A stretch of DNA of 60,377 bases, the filler included, from Sphacelaria rigidula (taxonomy: Eukaryota): assembly GCA_964200075.2 (NCBI GenBank). It is 10 parts of 10 records of this genome, joined end to end, with 100 filler letters (N's around TTAATTAATTAA, not from the genome) between each part and the next. Parts side by side here need not be neighbours in the genome. Positions count along the whole stretch, not along the records: positions 1 to 5,948 come from CAXNAA020023288.1; positions 6,049 to 11,996 come from CAXNAA020023289.1; 8 more parts are not named here. One strand, given 5' to 3'. The position numbers and the translations under genes were made by a program. This document shows, piece after piece, positions 1-11,192 of the stretch (positions are counted from its first letter, which is position 1; each line of letters opens with the position of its first letter). The notes under the pieces were generated by a model. The model did not search any database, was not told the origin of the DNA, and worked only from the letters and a program-made list of their open reading frames with translations.

Positions 1-307
1 GTTTTGTTCGTGTTAGTTTTACGTTTTTTCTACATTCCAAATAATCCATAATTCTTGAGCCAAAAGCAAACGTACGGTGGAATCGAATTTGCTTGTACCT
101 GATACGTCCGCAGCATCCGTGTTCTCAACCATCTGAGAAAATGAATAGCGTGAACGAATCAGAAACGAGCATATTCGATTCGACCGCACGTTCTCGACAC
201 GAAAACAGTTTGATAAGACACGGCCTAAGACAGGCCCTGAGAACGATAACCTGATTAATTAAAATCTTCGTATATATACAACAGCTCCTCGAAATAGGGT
301 TGCATTT

Positions 308-900
308 CTTCACCTCCTTGTACGTGTAGCTATAGATAACTTCCACACTCCCTACAAATTTGGATTTCGATAACCCAAATATTGGGGTCCTAGGTGAAGA
401 AACGATTCTGGGGAAATTGGGCTGTCCGTTTCCATCGAGGGGGTCTGACGAAATGTACGTAAACAATGGTTGGTACTATTGGGATGCCGCCAACCCTAAC
501 GCTAACCCTAACGCAAACCCTAACGCTAACCCCGACCAAGGCATACCGAGAAGCTTCGGGCAGAGGGGGTGCAAAGTATCTCCTAAGCAAAGGGTGCGTT
601 GCCAGAGCTCAAATCGACGCTTTTGAGCCGATTTTGGACCAAAACATGTTCTGGACGAGCTGGGTCTACTGCTCACCACTTCTCACCTGCCCGAAGTCAT
701 AGATTTTCTCAGGACTTTCTTCAGTCTGGAATCAAGTAAAATCGAGTACCAACCATCGTTTATCTACACTTCGTCAGATCTACTATTTTGATCACCTCAT
801 TTCTCCCGAATTGTTTTTCACCTAGGACCTCAAAATTTCGATTCTTGGAATAAAATATTCATGACGCGTAGTAGTTGCCAATAGCTTCAAGGAGGTGAAG
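308..900. mobile_element. Foldback / long-TIR non-autonomous element with an internal telomere-like module
   Basis: Imperfect inverted arms ~308-478 and ~745-900 (GGTCCTAGGTG/CACCTAGGACC, ATGGTTGGTACT/AGTACCAACCAT, CTTCACCTCCTT/AAGGAGGTGAAG). An LTR starts at 905 at the end of the right arm. Related copies at ~12900-13340 and ~42390-42675. Confidence 0.7.
492..533 (+). repeat. Interstitial telomere-like array (AACCCT alternating with AACGCT/AACGCA)
   Basis: Read directly: AACCCT AACGCT AACCCT AACGCA AACCCT AACGCT AACCCC. Confidence 0.85.
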
Positions 901-904
901 GAAT

Positions 905-1164
905 TGTGACGAAATCACGCCTTCACGTTGAGTAGATGGTGATGATTAGATGATGACTTGGGATCTGTAGTGATGAGATGGATGATGACATGGACACAGG
1001 GGTGTTACCCTGATGTGATTTATGGGGCGTATGTGCTATGGGAGGCACTCCGGTAATGATAAGGTATTGTGAAGGCTGACAACTGAGACCTTGAGGCCAT
1101 TGGAACTGGGGAGTCCCTCAACAGCATTTAGACGCTGCAGTACTAGCAACCTGCTGGCGTCACA
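905..1164 (+). repeat. 5' LTR of Ty3/Gypsy element A (260 bp)
   Basis: TGTGACG...CGTCACA 7-bp terminal inverted repeat; homologous to the LTRs at 6171-6392 and 11193-11450; lies upstream of gag. Confidence 0.9.
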
Positions 1165-1477
1165 ATATCGGTATTAGTGTTAGTGCTAGGCGTACTAGTT
1201 GGTGCTATCGTTTGAGACTGCTAAACATTTCAGCAGGGAGACGTCTGGACAGCTTGTGATTAGCTTCGGTCATAGAGCCTCACGGACGCGTGAGGAGGTT
1301 TCAAGCTGAGGTAGCTGCAAAGGCGGCTGGCCCGTGAATGATCCAGACTGGAGACTTGCTGGAGCTGCGTACAGCGGGTGTTTATAGGACCCCAGGGCTG
1401 TGTGGAGCGGCGAAGAAAGCAGGTGTAAACTGAAGTTTGAGAGAAGGTTTCAGAAATCTTCGATTCTCCGCTCGAGA

Positions 1478-4400
1478 ATGTCGACTACTGAGGTACCGGC
1501 AATAGAGCCAGCGGAAACGACAGTAACCCCAGTCGTTCTAAGGGAAGAGTTGCGGCCGCCCAGTTACGGGAATTTGTATTCTGAGGGTGCTTCTCGTTCG
1601 TTTTACCCGAAATACGTGGAATAATAAAGGAGGATGGAGCATGCGAATGCAGGGGGTGCAGCAAGGCATTTGGTGGTTTCTATGGCGCAACTAGTGCCTA
1701 CCCCCCTGCAACACGTCTTCGCGAGAGGGTTCCACGAAAATCATACCAAAATGCCACTGCAGTTGGCCGCAGCGATGAAGAAGCACGCAAGGCATGCGGC
1801 AGGAGCGGAGGTAGAGCTTACTCAGGCGTCCGCGGCCGTGGCGAAGGCTGTCGCAATGAACCACAAGGGGAGAACCATGCGTAAGAGGGTAGAGCCCAGA
1901 ATGGGTAAGTTGGAGACGTATTCTTCAGAAAATCCCAACGTAGAGACGATTTATCGTTCGTCCGATGGGAAATCTCGCCCAGGTCCCGCTGCGGTGGTCA
2001 CGAAAGCGATGGTGGAGGGTCTGGCCCGGCGGAATTCAAGCAAGCCGTGCTTGTACAGTTACAGCACGAAATAAATTGGAAGTCGGACCCGTATTTAGTC
2101 ATGGATACCGTGGTGGCTGAAACTCAGGCATGGCGGCGGGTCGAAGTGTTCGGAAAATCATCCACTTCATCGCCGCAGTCTTCGAGCTCGCTTAACCGCG
2201 GATCAAAATCCGCAGGCAGTGCCGCCTCCAATATTACTTACTATCAGTGTGGTCAGGTAGGTCTCATCGCACGGAAGTGCCCAACGCCTTCTGAGGGGTA
2301 GTCTGGGCAGACGAGTGCCGTGCGCCCTCGCAGTCACAAAGGGGGGGAAGGTGATCGGGGTGGTGGGCGGAGGCGGATCCTCCAGCGATGGAGGTGTACA
2401 GTCCAGCTCCCAACAGCAGCAGCAGCAGGGGCAGCGGCGTCATCAGGGGTCCGGCTCTGGGTCCGACTCAGCCGCAGGAGCTGCTGCTCCACAACGGGCG
2501 GTCCAGGTGGGACCGACCTCTCTAGTGTCGGGCTCGGTGCCGGCGCCGCCGGGAGCAGAGCAAGGTGAGACGCCGGCTGTGGAGCCGGCCGGTTTTCAGC
2601 TGAAATTTGGATCCGATGCTGCGTCGGCCGGGGTATCGCTGCAATTTGGTTTTGCGGGCGGGGCTTCGTACCCGCCGGCGGTGCCGGTGACCCCAGCGGG
2701 GGCGTATGCCTGCGCCGCGCGCGCAGCCGTGACGCCAAGTGGGGATTACGACCCATCAGTCGGCAGAGCAGGTGCCGATCGAGGACCAAGACAATTATGT
2801 CCCTGCCGAGTTAGATCTCCCCAATCAACGGGCGCGGGGAGCTATATCGGTCAATACGTTGTTGGATTCAGGCGCCCACTTCACGAGCGTGTCGGTGCTA
2901 ATTGTGTGGAGATGCTGGAGTGTCTACTCCCCGGTGAGCAAATCCGAACTCCGTTCTCGCTCGGGGCGCCAGGCAGGCAGGCCATTACCGCATCGGGGCA
3001 ACGTATAAATGTGACGGAGCGTACCATTCCTCTACAGTTGGCGTTCCTGACAACCTGGGAGCCAGCAAAGTTCCCCTCAATATCGTTTGCGATCATGTCG
3101 GGGACGGATGGTGTCGTCCTGTTGGGCCTACCGACGCTTCGGGGGCTCGGAGTCGATCCGTATGATCGGTTGTTAGAGTCCCTAAAAACGCAAGTTTCGG
3201 CGCCCGTTTCGAGTGTCGAGACGCCTGCTTTTTTGGCCAGTTGCAGAGTGAGCTTGTCGGTTGATGCTGTCCAGAAGGCGGGGGGGCAGGTGTCCGAGGA
3301 GCGTGATCACGCGGTGGAACGCCTGGTGGAGCGTGGCCCCGATATGTTTATGGAGCCGGCGGAAGAAGAGTCCGCGCGAAAGGCTGCGCTTGAGGAAAGC
3401 GTGACGGATGCTGTGGAAAATGGCCTCGACGTCCCAAAAGCGGAGCGCTTGCGTGGCATATTGTATCGCCACGTTAACGCGTTTCGTCGTGCGCTGAGGG
3501 GTAATCCCCCTGCGCACGTGGAACCCATGAGGGCTACACTGAAGCCAGGGCCGGCCGCGGAGAAGGCAAAACCAAGGAGGTATGATCCGGTAAAGTCCAG
3601 TTGGCTAGCTTCTTGCATGGGAGCTCTTGTGGCGTTTGGGTTGATGTTCAGGAATCTACAGGCGGTGTGGTCCAGTCCAGCGATGGCGGTGCCGAAATAG
3701 GACTCTTTCCGTCTTGTCAGCGATTACGGAGCCGTCAATGATCAGGTGAAGAAGTCGCCGGGTGTCATGCCCAATCAGGAATCAGACATGATAGACCTGT
3801 TGAGTGCGCGATGTTTCGGTGAGTTGGACCTCCTACAGAGGGTACTGGCAAATGCCGTCGGCCGAAGAGGCGCACGAGGTATTCACAATCACGACTCCGT
3901 TTGGCATGTTTACCTCGCAAAGAGTACCGCATGGCGTGTTGAATGCTACTACTTCCTATTTTCAAGGTGTTATGGCAGACCTTTTAGATGGCTTGAAATG
4001 CAAGATTTGGGTGGATAATGTCTTTTTCTTCGCGGATACGGAAGACGAACTGTTGGATACGCTTGATGCAATCTTGGCTTGCTTAGAGAGTGTCGGTCTA
4101 ATTGCAGCTGCCCACAAGTGTACCTTTTTTGCTAGTGAACTAGTGTGGTGTGGGAAAGTATACTCACACGGCGGCGTCTCGCATGACCCGGTCCGCTTGC
4201 AAGGTTTGTCTGACATGCGACGTCCAGGAACAGCCGCAGAATTAATGCAATTCCTGCACGCAATGAACAGGTTGCGTACATCGTTACCACGTATGGCCGA
4301 AGTAGTGGCGCCCTTACGCGGTTCCCTAGAGGAGCTCATGGTGGGGGCTGCAAGGCGTACGAAGCGGGTGGCACAAAATCGTGTTATTCCAGCCGCCTCG

Positions 4401-5948
4401 TGGACGGAGGACAGGCTGCAGGCATGCGCGGCAGCGAAGAATCTGGTGGCTCATGCCGTGACGCTGTTCCATCCCCGCCCCGGTTGCCAGGTGCTGATGT
4501 TTCCGGATGAATCCGAGTGTCATTGGGGTAGTTTTTCAAGGCAGGTGCCTGATGCAGAAATGCAACGACGGTTGCCGGTTGAAGACATGACGCATGAACC
4601 GCTGGCTTTTCTGAGTGGTGATTTCAAAAGTTCACAGATGCGTTGGGCAACCGTTGACAAGGGAGGTTTTGCTATCGTGAGCACTTTTCGTTTTCTCGAG
4701 CATCTTTTGTGGAATGGCGTACACATTTTCACGGATCACCGAAATCTAGCGTACATTTTCAACCCGGGGGCATGCGTGACGTCTGTGTCGAAGGCGTTGG
4801 CACAACGATTGGGGGGATGGAAAGGTGTATTAGGACAGTATCGGTACAAGATTTGTCATATTTCGGGTGAACGTAACGCGTGGGGTGACTTGCTGTCGCG
4901 CTGGGTAAATATTCCCACTTTGCCTGCGCGCGCCGTGGCTGTGTATGGTCCGTGCGAATCTGATGACTCGATGCCGTCCAAATCTGTTGTCCGCCGAGCG
5001 CAACGAAAAGACGTTGGGGCCGACAATGCGGATGTGCAATCTTTCGAGTCGGACGTTGGTACTGCTATCTTGGACAATAAAGGTCTGTTTCGTGTGCATG
5101 TGGGGGGCTGAAACGTTTTGTGGATTCCGAGTTCTGACAAGCAGTTGCAGGTACGTCTGATGATTTGCGCGCACATGCGCGACGCCGGGCATCGTGGTGT
5201 GGCTGCGACGCTCGTGCGCTGGCAAGAGTTTTGTGTCTGGCAGGGGATAGACACTCTCATGTGCGCGAATTTGTCCGCCAGTGTCTTTACTGTGCTGACT
5301 CGAGGGCGGGCGATGTTGTTCTTCGCCCGCTCGGTGAAACGGTCCATGGGACCACGCCGAACGAAGTCGTTTATTTTGACTTCTTGCGCGTGGGCGAGAG
5401 TGTCCCGCTAGCTTCCCAAGGTTTGTCGGAGGATGCTGGGTTCCGATATATTTTGGTAATCATGGATGATTTGAGCAATGTTGTAGCTCTGGAACCAGTA
5501 GCAGTGTGCACTACTGAATCGACTGCTGCGTCTTTGCTGAATTGATGCAAAACTTTGAGGGTGCCCCGTGTGTGGGTGAGTGATACCGCCACGCATGTCA
5601 AGAATGCGAGCTTGGCTCGGTTGCGAGAGGCTCTGCGAGTTGATCACCAGTTTGCAGTAGCATATTCTCCGTGGTCTAATGGTACGTGCGAACGCATGGT
5701 AAAGGAAGTAGTTCGTGCTCTTCGATCTATTCTTCTCGAGCAGCGTCGAGAGGTGACCGAGTGGGTGGACGTGTTGCCCGCTGTGCAATGGGCACTAAAT
5801 ACAGCATATCGCCGTCGGTATGATAGTACGCCGTATCACGTGATGTTTGGCCGTGCCCCTCGGACGTCTTTCTCGGTGCTGGCGTCCTCGTCGGCGGGAG
5901 AGTGGAAGTGTGATGTTCTGGACGATGTTCAAATTAAGAGTGCATTGA
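1478..5948 (+). pseudogene. gag-pol pseudogene: degenerate Zn knuckle (YYQCGQVGLIARKC), protease (LLDSGA), RT (GYWQMP, RVPHGVLNA, WVDN), RNase H (MFPDESECHWG, FTDHRNL), integrase (HMRDAGHRG, MDDLS, VSDTATH, NGTCERM)
   Basis: Motifs spread over ORFs 1400-2301, 2315-3700, 2739-3008, 3804-5111, 5118-5545 and 5555 to contig end, separated by frameshifts and stops. Confidence 0.93.
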
Positions 5949-6048
5949 NNNNNNNNNNNNNNNNNNNNNNNNNNNNNNNNNNNNNNNNNNNNTTAATTAA
6001 TTAANNNNNNNNNNNNNNNNNNNNNNNNNNNNNNNNNNNNNNNNNNNN
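5949..6048. other. Artificial contig linker (N44-TTAATTAATTAA-N44); identical linkers at 11997-12096, 18045-18144, 24093-24192, 30141-30240, 36189-36288, 42237-42336, 48284-48383, 54331-54430
   Basis: The same 100-bp spacer with a six-frame stop core occurs nine times. Intervening segments are 5948 bp (seven) then 5947 bp (three), i.e. length-sorted contigs concatenated. Confidence 0.99.
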
Positions 6049-6170
6049 CCCCCCCCCCCCGGTATCGATCGAAGGCACTTGCGGACGGTACTTCCCTCGT
6101 GTTTTTGTCGCATACTGGCTAGCCTCGTCAAAGCTCATTTTATTGATCAACCTCATTTGATAGAATCCCC

Positions 6171-6392
6171 TGTTATATGGATAATGACTGGGGGCACGGG
6201 GATTTTGGAGGGTTGTGATTAATGACTGGGAACACGGAGATGGTACTTGCGTGTCTGGAAAGCTGGTGCCTTGGAAGGTCACTCCGATAGTATGATATGT
6301 TGTAAGGACTGATACCTGAAACCGAGGCCAGTAAGACTGGGGAGTCCCTCAGCAGCAGCGATCCAGCAGTTCTTCCACTGGCTAGCGTCACA
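6171..6392 (+). repeat. 5' LTR of element B (first ~35 nt missing)
   Basis: Aligns to 11193-11450 with roughly 18 mismatches in ~210 bp by manual count; ends CGTCACA. Confidence 0.88.
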
Positions 6393-9339
6393 ATATCGAT
6401 ATTAGTGGTGGTGTTAGTGCTAGAAACCTGCTGGAAAGGGATTCGGCGGAGTGAGTCTGGTAGCGGGGGACAACCTGAATCATCACGGACGCGTGACGGG
6501 GTTCCAGCTGGCGATAGCTGCAGACAGGCAGCTGGCCTGTGATTGATCCGGACTGGAGACTTGCTGCAGCTGCGTGCAGCGGGAGAATGGAGGTTCCTAC
6601 GACTGTGTGTTGCGGCGGCGAAGCAAGGAAAGTGCAATTCGCGAAGGTCCGCTGGCCTGCAAAGGTTCGCCGATAGCCTATTACCGCTACAGCTATGGCT
6701 ACGGCTCACGAATTACGTCCACCGCGACACCCGTGGTCATGCGGAAAGAGTTGCGACCTTCCCAATACGGGGACGGGAACTCAGAGAGTGCATCTCGAAC
6801 TTTTTACACGAGATATGTGGAATACAAGAAGCGTGTGGAGCACGCTCATGCAGGGGGTTTCGTGCGGCATCAGGTGGTGACAACGGCTCAACAAGTGCCA
6901 ACTCATGTACAGAGAGTCTTCGCTCGTTTGGAACGTAATGAGAGCACTATCACCCCGCCGCAATTGGTTGCGGCGATCAAAAAGCATGCTGGGCATGCGG
7001 CGGGCGCTTAGGTAGATCTGACACAAGCGTCCGTGGCGGTGGCGAAAGCTGTCGCCATGGATTCTCGGGGGAAAACGATGTTGGAGCGGGTGGAGCTCAT
7101 CCTGGCCATTTTCGAGAAGTACTTCACGGAAAATCCTAACGTAGAACTAGTATATCGTTCCCCCGATGGTCCGATGGTGAGTTCATCCCCGGCCCGGCTG
7201 CAGTAATTACTACGGCTTTGGTGAAGAGGTTGGTACCGGGAAAATCCAAGCAAGCCGTGCTTATCAAGCTGCAGCACCAAGCAGACTTGAAGGCCGACCC
7301 ATACCTGATGATGAGCACCGTCGTGGTCGAGGCCACGGAGTGGCGGAAAATAGAGGTGTTCGGCTAGTCGTCCACCTCTTCGCCGAAATCTTTGCGCAAC
7401 CATGGCTCGAAATCGGCCGGTCGCGCCGCGAGTATAACTTGCCACCGCTGTGGCTAGGTCGGCCATTACGCGCGCGATTGCCCAAAGTCTTCCGGTGGGA
7501 AGTGTGGGCAGTCTCATGCGGCGCGCCATCAGCATCGTCAGCACAAGGGCAAAATACGAGATAATCGTGGTGGCGGCGGCGGATCCTCCGGCGATGGAGA
7601 GTCGCAGGCGAGCCCTCAGCAGCAGACGTAGCAGCAGCAGAAGCGGAACCAGCAGCAGCAGGGGCAGCGGCGTCAGCATGGGCCTAGCTCTGGGTCCGGC
7701 GCCGCCGTAGGTGCTGCTGCTCTGCAACGGGCGGTGCAGGTGGGCCCGACTTCTACAGAGTCGAACACTGCGCCGGCGCCGTTGGTGGCGCCGACGGCGA
7801 CACTGGCAGCAGCGCCAGGCGCGACGCCTGTTGATGCGTTGGTCGGAGGTTCGCCAAATTCTTGGTTTGCTGGCTGGGGGGCGTACCCGCCGGCGATGTC
7901 GTTCGAACCTGCCGGGGCGTCTTCGCCTGCGCAGCTTGCGCAGCCGTGGCGTCAAGTGGGATTAGCGGCGCATCGGTCGGTGGAAGAATTTCCCGTGGAG
8001 CTTGCCGACAGATACATTCCGGCGGAGTTCTGTCTCCCGAATCAACGGCAGCGTGGAAACATTGTGGTTCGGTCTGCGTTGGGTCATGGCGCCCGTTTCA
8101 CTAGTTTGCCGGTGCAGATGGTTGAGATGCTGCAGCGTCAACTCCCGGGTGTGCCGCTGCGCATCCCGTTTTCGCTCGGGGCGCGGCCGGCAGTCACCGC
8201 GTCGGGTCAGCATGTTGCCGTCACGGAGCGTACTGTTCCGTTGCAGCTAGCTTTCAAGACTACTTGGGGGCTGGCGCCGTTGCCTCCGATCTCGTTTGCG
8301 ATTATGCCACGGTCGGATGGCGTTGTTCTTCTGGGGCTGCCGACGCTACAGGATCTAGGAGTCCACCCGTATGAGTGGTTGAAGGACCCCATCAAGACGC
8401 GGATGTCTCCGCTTCGTCCACGCTTGGAGACGCTTGCCGTTTTGGGCAGTCATCGCATGAACTTGTTGGTGAATGCTTGTCAGGAGGCTGGAGGGCAGGT
8501 GACCGAGGAGCGGGATGCGGCGGTGGAACGCTTGGTAGAGCGCGGCTCGGAGATATTTATTGATCCGGCGGAAGAAGAGCCCGCTCGGAAGGCCGCGCTA
8601 GAGGAGAGCGTGACGGATGCTGTGGCGAAAAGCCTCAGCGTCCCCAAAGCGGAGCGCCTGCGCGGCATATTGCATTGCCGCGTCAACGCGTTTCGACGTG
8701 CGCCGCGGGGTGGTCCTCCTGCGTGTGTGGAGCCCATTCGTGTTTAGCCAAAATCTGAGGCGTCCGCGGTGAAGACGAAGCCGCGGCGGTACGATCCAGT
8801 GAAGTCGAGTTGGTTGGCGTTGTGCATGGCGGCTCATTTGGCGCTCGGGTTGGTGTTACGGAATATGCAGGCGGGGTGGTCCAGCCCAGATATGGCGTTT
8901 CCGAAGAAGACTGCATCGTAGACGGAGGGCAGGCTGCCGGCGTGGGCGGCAGCAAAGGATTTGGTGGCTCATGCCGTGACGCTGTTCCATCATCGTCCTG
9001 ATTGTCACGTGTTTATGTTTCCGGATGCATCTGAGTGCCATTGGGGTAGTTTGGTCATGCAGGTGCCTACTGTTGAAATTCAAATGCCTGTGCGCGCTGT
9101 GGCTGTGTATGGCCCGTGTGAACCTGATGACTCGATGCCGCCCAACTATATTGTCCGCCAAGCGCAACGAAAAAACCTTGGGGCCGAAGATGCGGATGTG
9201 CAATCTTTCGAGTCGGACGTTGGTACTGCTATCTTGAATTACGAAGGTCTGTTTCGTGTGCATGTGCGTGGCCGAAACGTTTCGTGGATTCCGAGTTCTG
9301 ACGAGCAGTTGCAGGTGCCTCTGATGATTTGCGCGTACA

Positions 9340-9661
9340 TCGCCAAGTTAACCGCTTCGAAGGTTAAGTGGGATGAGTGCCCATCGAGCACGAGTACGTG
9401 CGGCTTCCCGTCAGCTAGCCCGGTGTCAACAATATGCTTGTGAAACGCATTTATGTAATTAACAAAGACCGGTCCCTTCATGAGCGATGATTCCGTTGCA
9501 GCATATAATGCACCCGGTGGACCCCCGCCATTAATCCACGCCGCTTGGACTCGCTGCCCTTTGAAAATAATCAGCGGGGGAGTAACCTTGCCCNNNNNNN
9601 TCTCGGGAATTAGAACGCTTCGTGCCGACGATTTTTTGTCCCTTCTCGGCAACAATCTTCC
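9340..9661 (-). mobile_element. Internal fragment of a pogo/Tc5-like (DDE_1) transposase inside the retrotransposon integrase
   Basis: Minus-strand translation KIVAEKGQKIVGTKRSNSRE-[N gap]-GKVTPPLIIFKGQRVQAAWINGGGPPGALYAATESSLMKGPVFVNYINAFHKH...HVLVLDGHSSHLTFEAVNLA, typical DDE_1 motifs; no TIRs seen. Confidence 0.85.
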
Positions 9662-9860
9662 GTGGGTGCGACGCTCGTGCGCTTGGGACGCTCGTGCGCT
9701 TGCAGGCGTTTTATGACTGGCGGAGGATAGAAACTCATGTGCGCGAATTTGTCCGCCAGTGTCTTACTGTGCTGACTCGAGGGCGGGCGATTGCTGTTCC
9801 CCGCCCGCTCGGCGAAACGGTCCATGGGACCACGCCGAATGAAATCGTTCATTTTGGCTT

Positions 9861-9970
9861 CACGGGTGGCCACTGGGGTGCCTGTAACCTCAAATTTGGA
9901 CGTTACAGACGTTGTGCAACGCCTGTAACGTCCAAATTTGAGGTTACAGGCACCCCAGTGGCCACCCGTG
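9861..9970. mobile_element. 110-bp fully palindromic MITE (CAC...GTG termini, 2-bp TSD TT), copy 1
   Basis: 54-bp arms with one mismatch. Element A lacks it at the homologous site (TTTTGACTTCTTG), which shows TT duplicated. Second copy at 55602-55711. Confidence 0.92.
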
Positions 9971-11192
9971 TTCTTGTACGTGGGCAAGAGTGGCCCGCTA
10001 GCTTCCCAAGGCTTGTCAGAGGGTGCTGGGTTTCGATAAATTTTGGTAATCATTGATGATTTGCGCAACTTTGTGGCTCTGGAACCAGTAGCAGTGTGTC
10101 CTGCTGCATCGACCGCTGCAGCTTTGCTGCATTGGTGCAAAACTTTGGAGGTGCCACGTGTGTGGGTGAGTGATACCGCCACGCATTTCAAGAATACGAT
10201 CTTGGCCCGATCACCAGAGGCTTTGCGTGTTGATCATCAGTTTGCGGTAGCGTATTCTCCGTGCTCTAACAGTACGTGCGAACGCATGGTCAATCAAGTA
10301 GTTCGTGCTCTTCGTATTATTCTTCTCGAGCAGCGTAGAGCGGTTTCCGAGTGGGTGGACATGTTGCCTGCGGTTTAATGGGCGCCAAATCCAGCGTATC
10401 GTCGTCGGTACGATAGTACGCCGTACCACGTGATGTTTGGTCGTGCTCCTCGGACGTCTTTCTCGGTGCTGGCGTCTTCGTCGGCGGGGGAATGGAAGTG
10501 TGATGTTCTGGACGATGTTCAAATTAAGAGGGCATTGCAAGGAGTCTTGGACTTGCAATAACGTTTCCACGTTCACGTTCAGGAACGTGTTGCCGCTGAA
10601 CGTGCGCGTAGACTTGAGTGGTCTGCGTCGGGGCTGGAATTGCCGAATTTTGAGGTAGGCGATTATGTCTTGTATGCACGCGTGCGTCGTCCGGGTGTTA
10701 CGCCCAAGTTGATGGCGACATGGACTGGTCCATGGACAGTGGTTGGTGCCCACCACCCGCACGTGTTTGAGATTCAGAACACTGTTTCGGGTCGTGTTCA
10801 GACCGCCCATGCAGCTCGTTTGCGCTTTTATGCAGACTCGCAGCTTAATGTTACGGCTGACGTTAAGGACGTGTTCCTGCATGCTTCCAATCCGGGGCAA
10901 TTTCAGATGGCTGGTATTGTCCGAGTGGCAGAAGCAGACGATCGTTCGTTGATCGTGCTGGTCGACTGGGTTGGTTTCGAAGTTGAGGAGCGTACGTGGG
11001 AGCCTTTCAAGGATATTTTTGAGGCCACTCCGGAATTTCTTCCGAAAGAGTTGCGTAAATTGTGCGTGACTCGTGCCGTTGCTGCTCGCATTACGAGTGA
11101 GTTTGGTATCCAATTGTGACTTACTCATCATTTTGGCGTTTTCTATGTGTGAAGCTTGTTGATCGATTTTCGTCCAACGCGCTTGGGGGTGC

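Larger units (their letters stand above)
905..5948 (+). mobile_element. Ty3/Gypsy LTR retrotransposon A, decayed, 3' end cut by contig end
   Basis: Order LTR, gag, PR, RT, RNase H, IN; closely similar to the chromodomain-bearing element in contig 2. Confidence 0.95.
6695..11119 (+). pseudogene. gag-pol remnant of element B ending in integrase plus chromodomain
   Basis: ORFs 6574-7011 (gag), 7734-8747 (protease region), 8961-9340, 10043-10378 (IN core), 10640-11119 (KLMATWTGPW motif and chromodomain). Confidence 0.9.

Noticed and set aside
360..626. ORF with NPNANPNANP repeats resembling circumsporozoite protein
   Set aside because: It is simply the translation of the telomere-like array.
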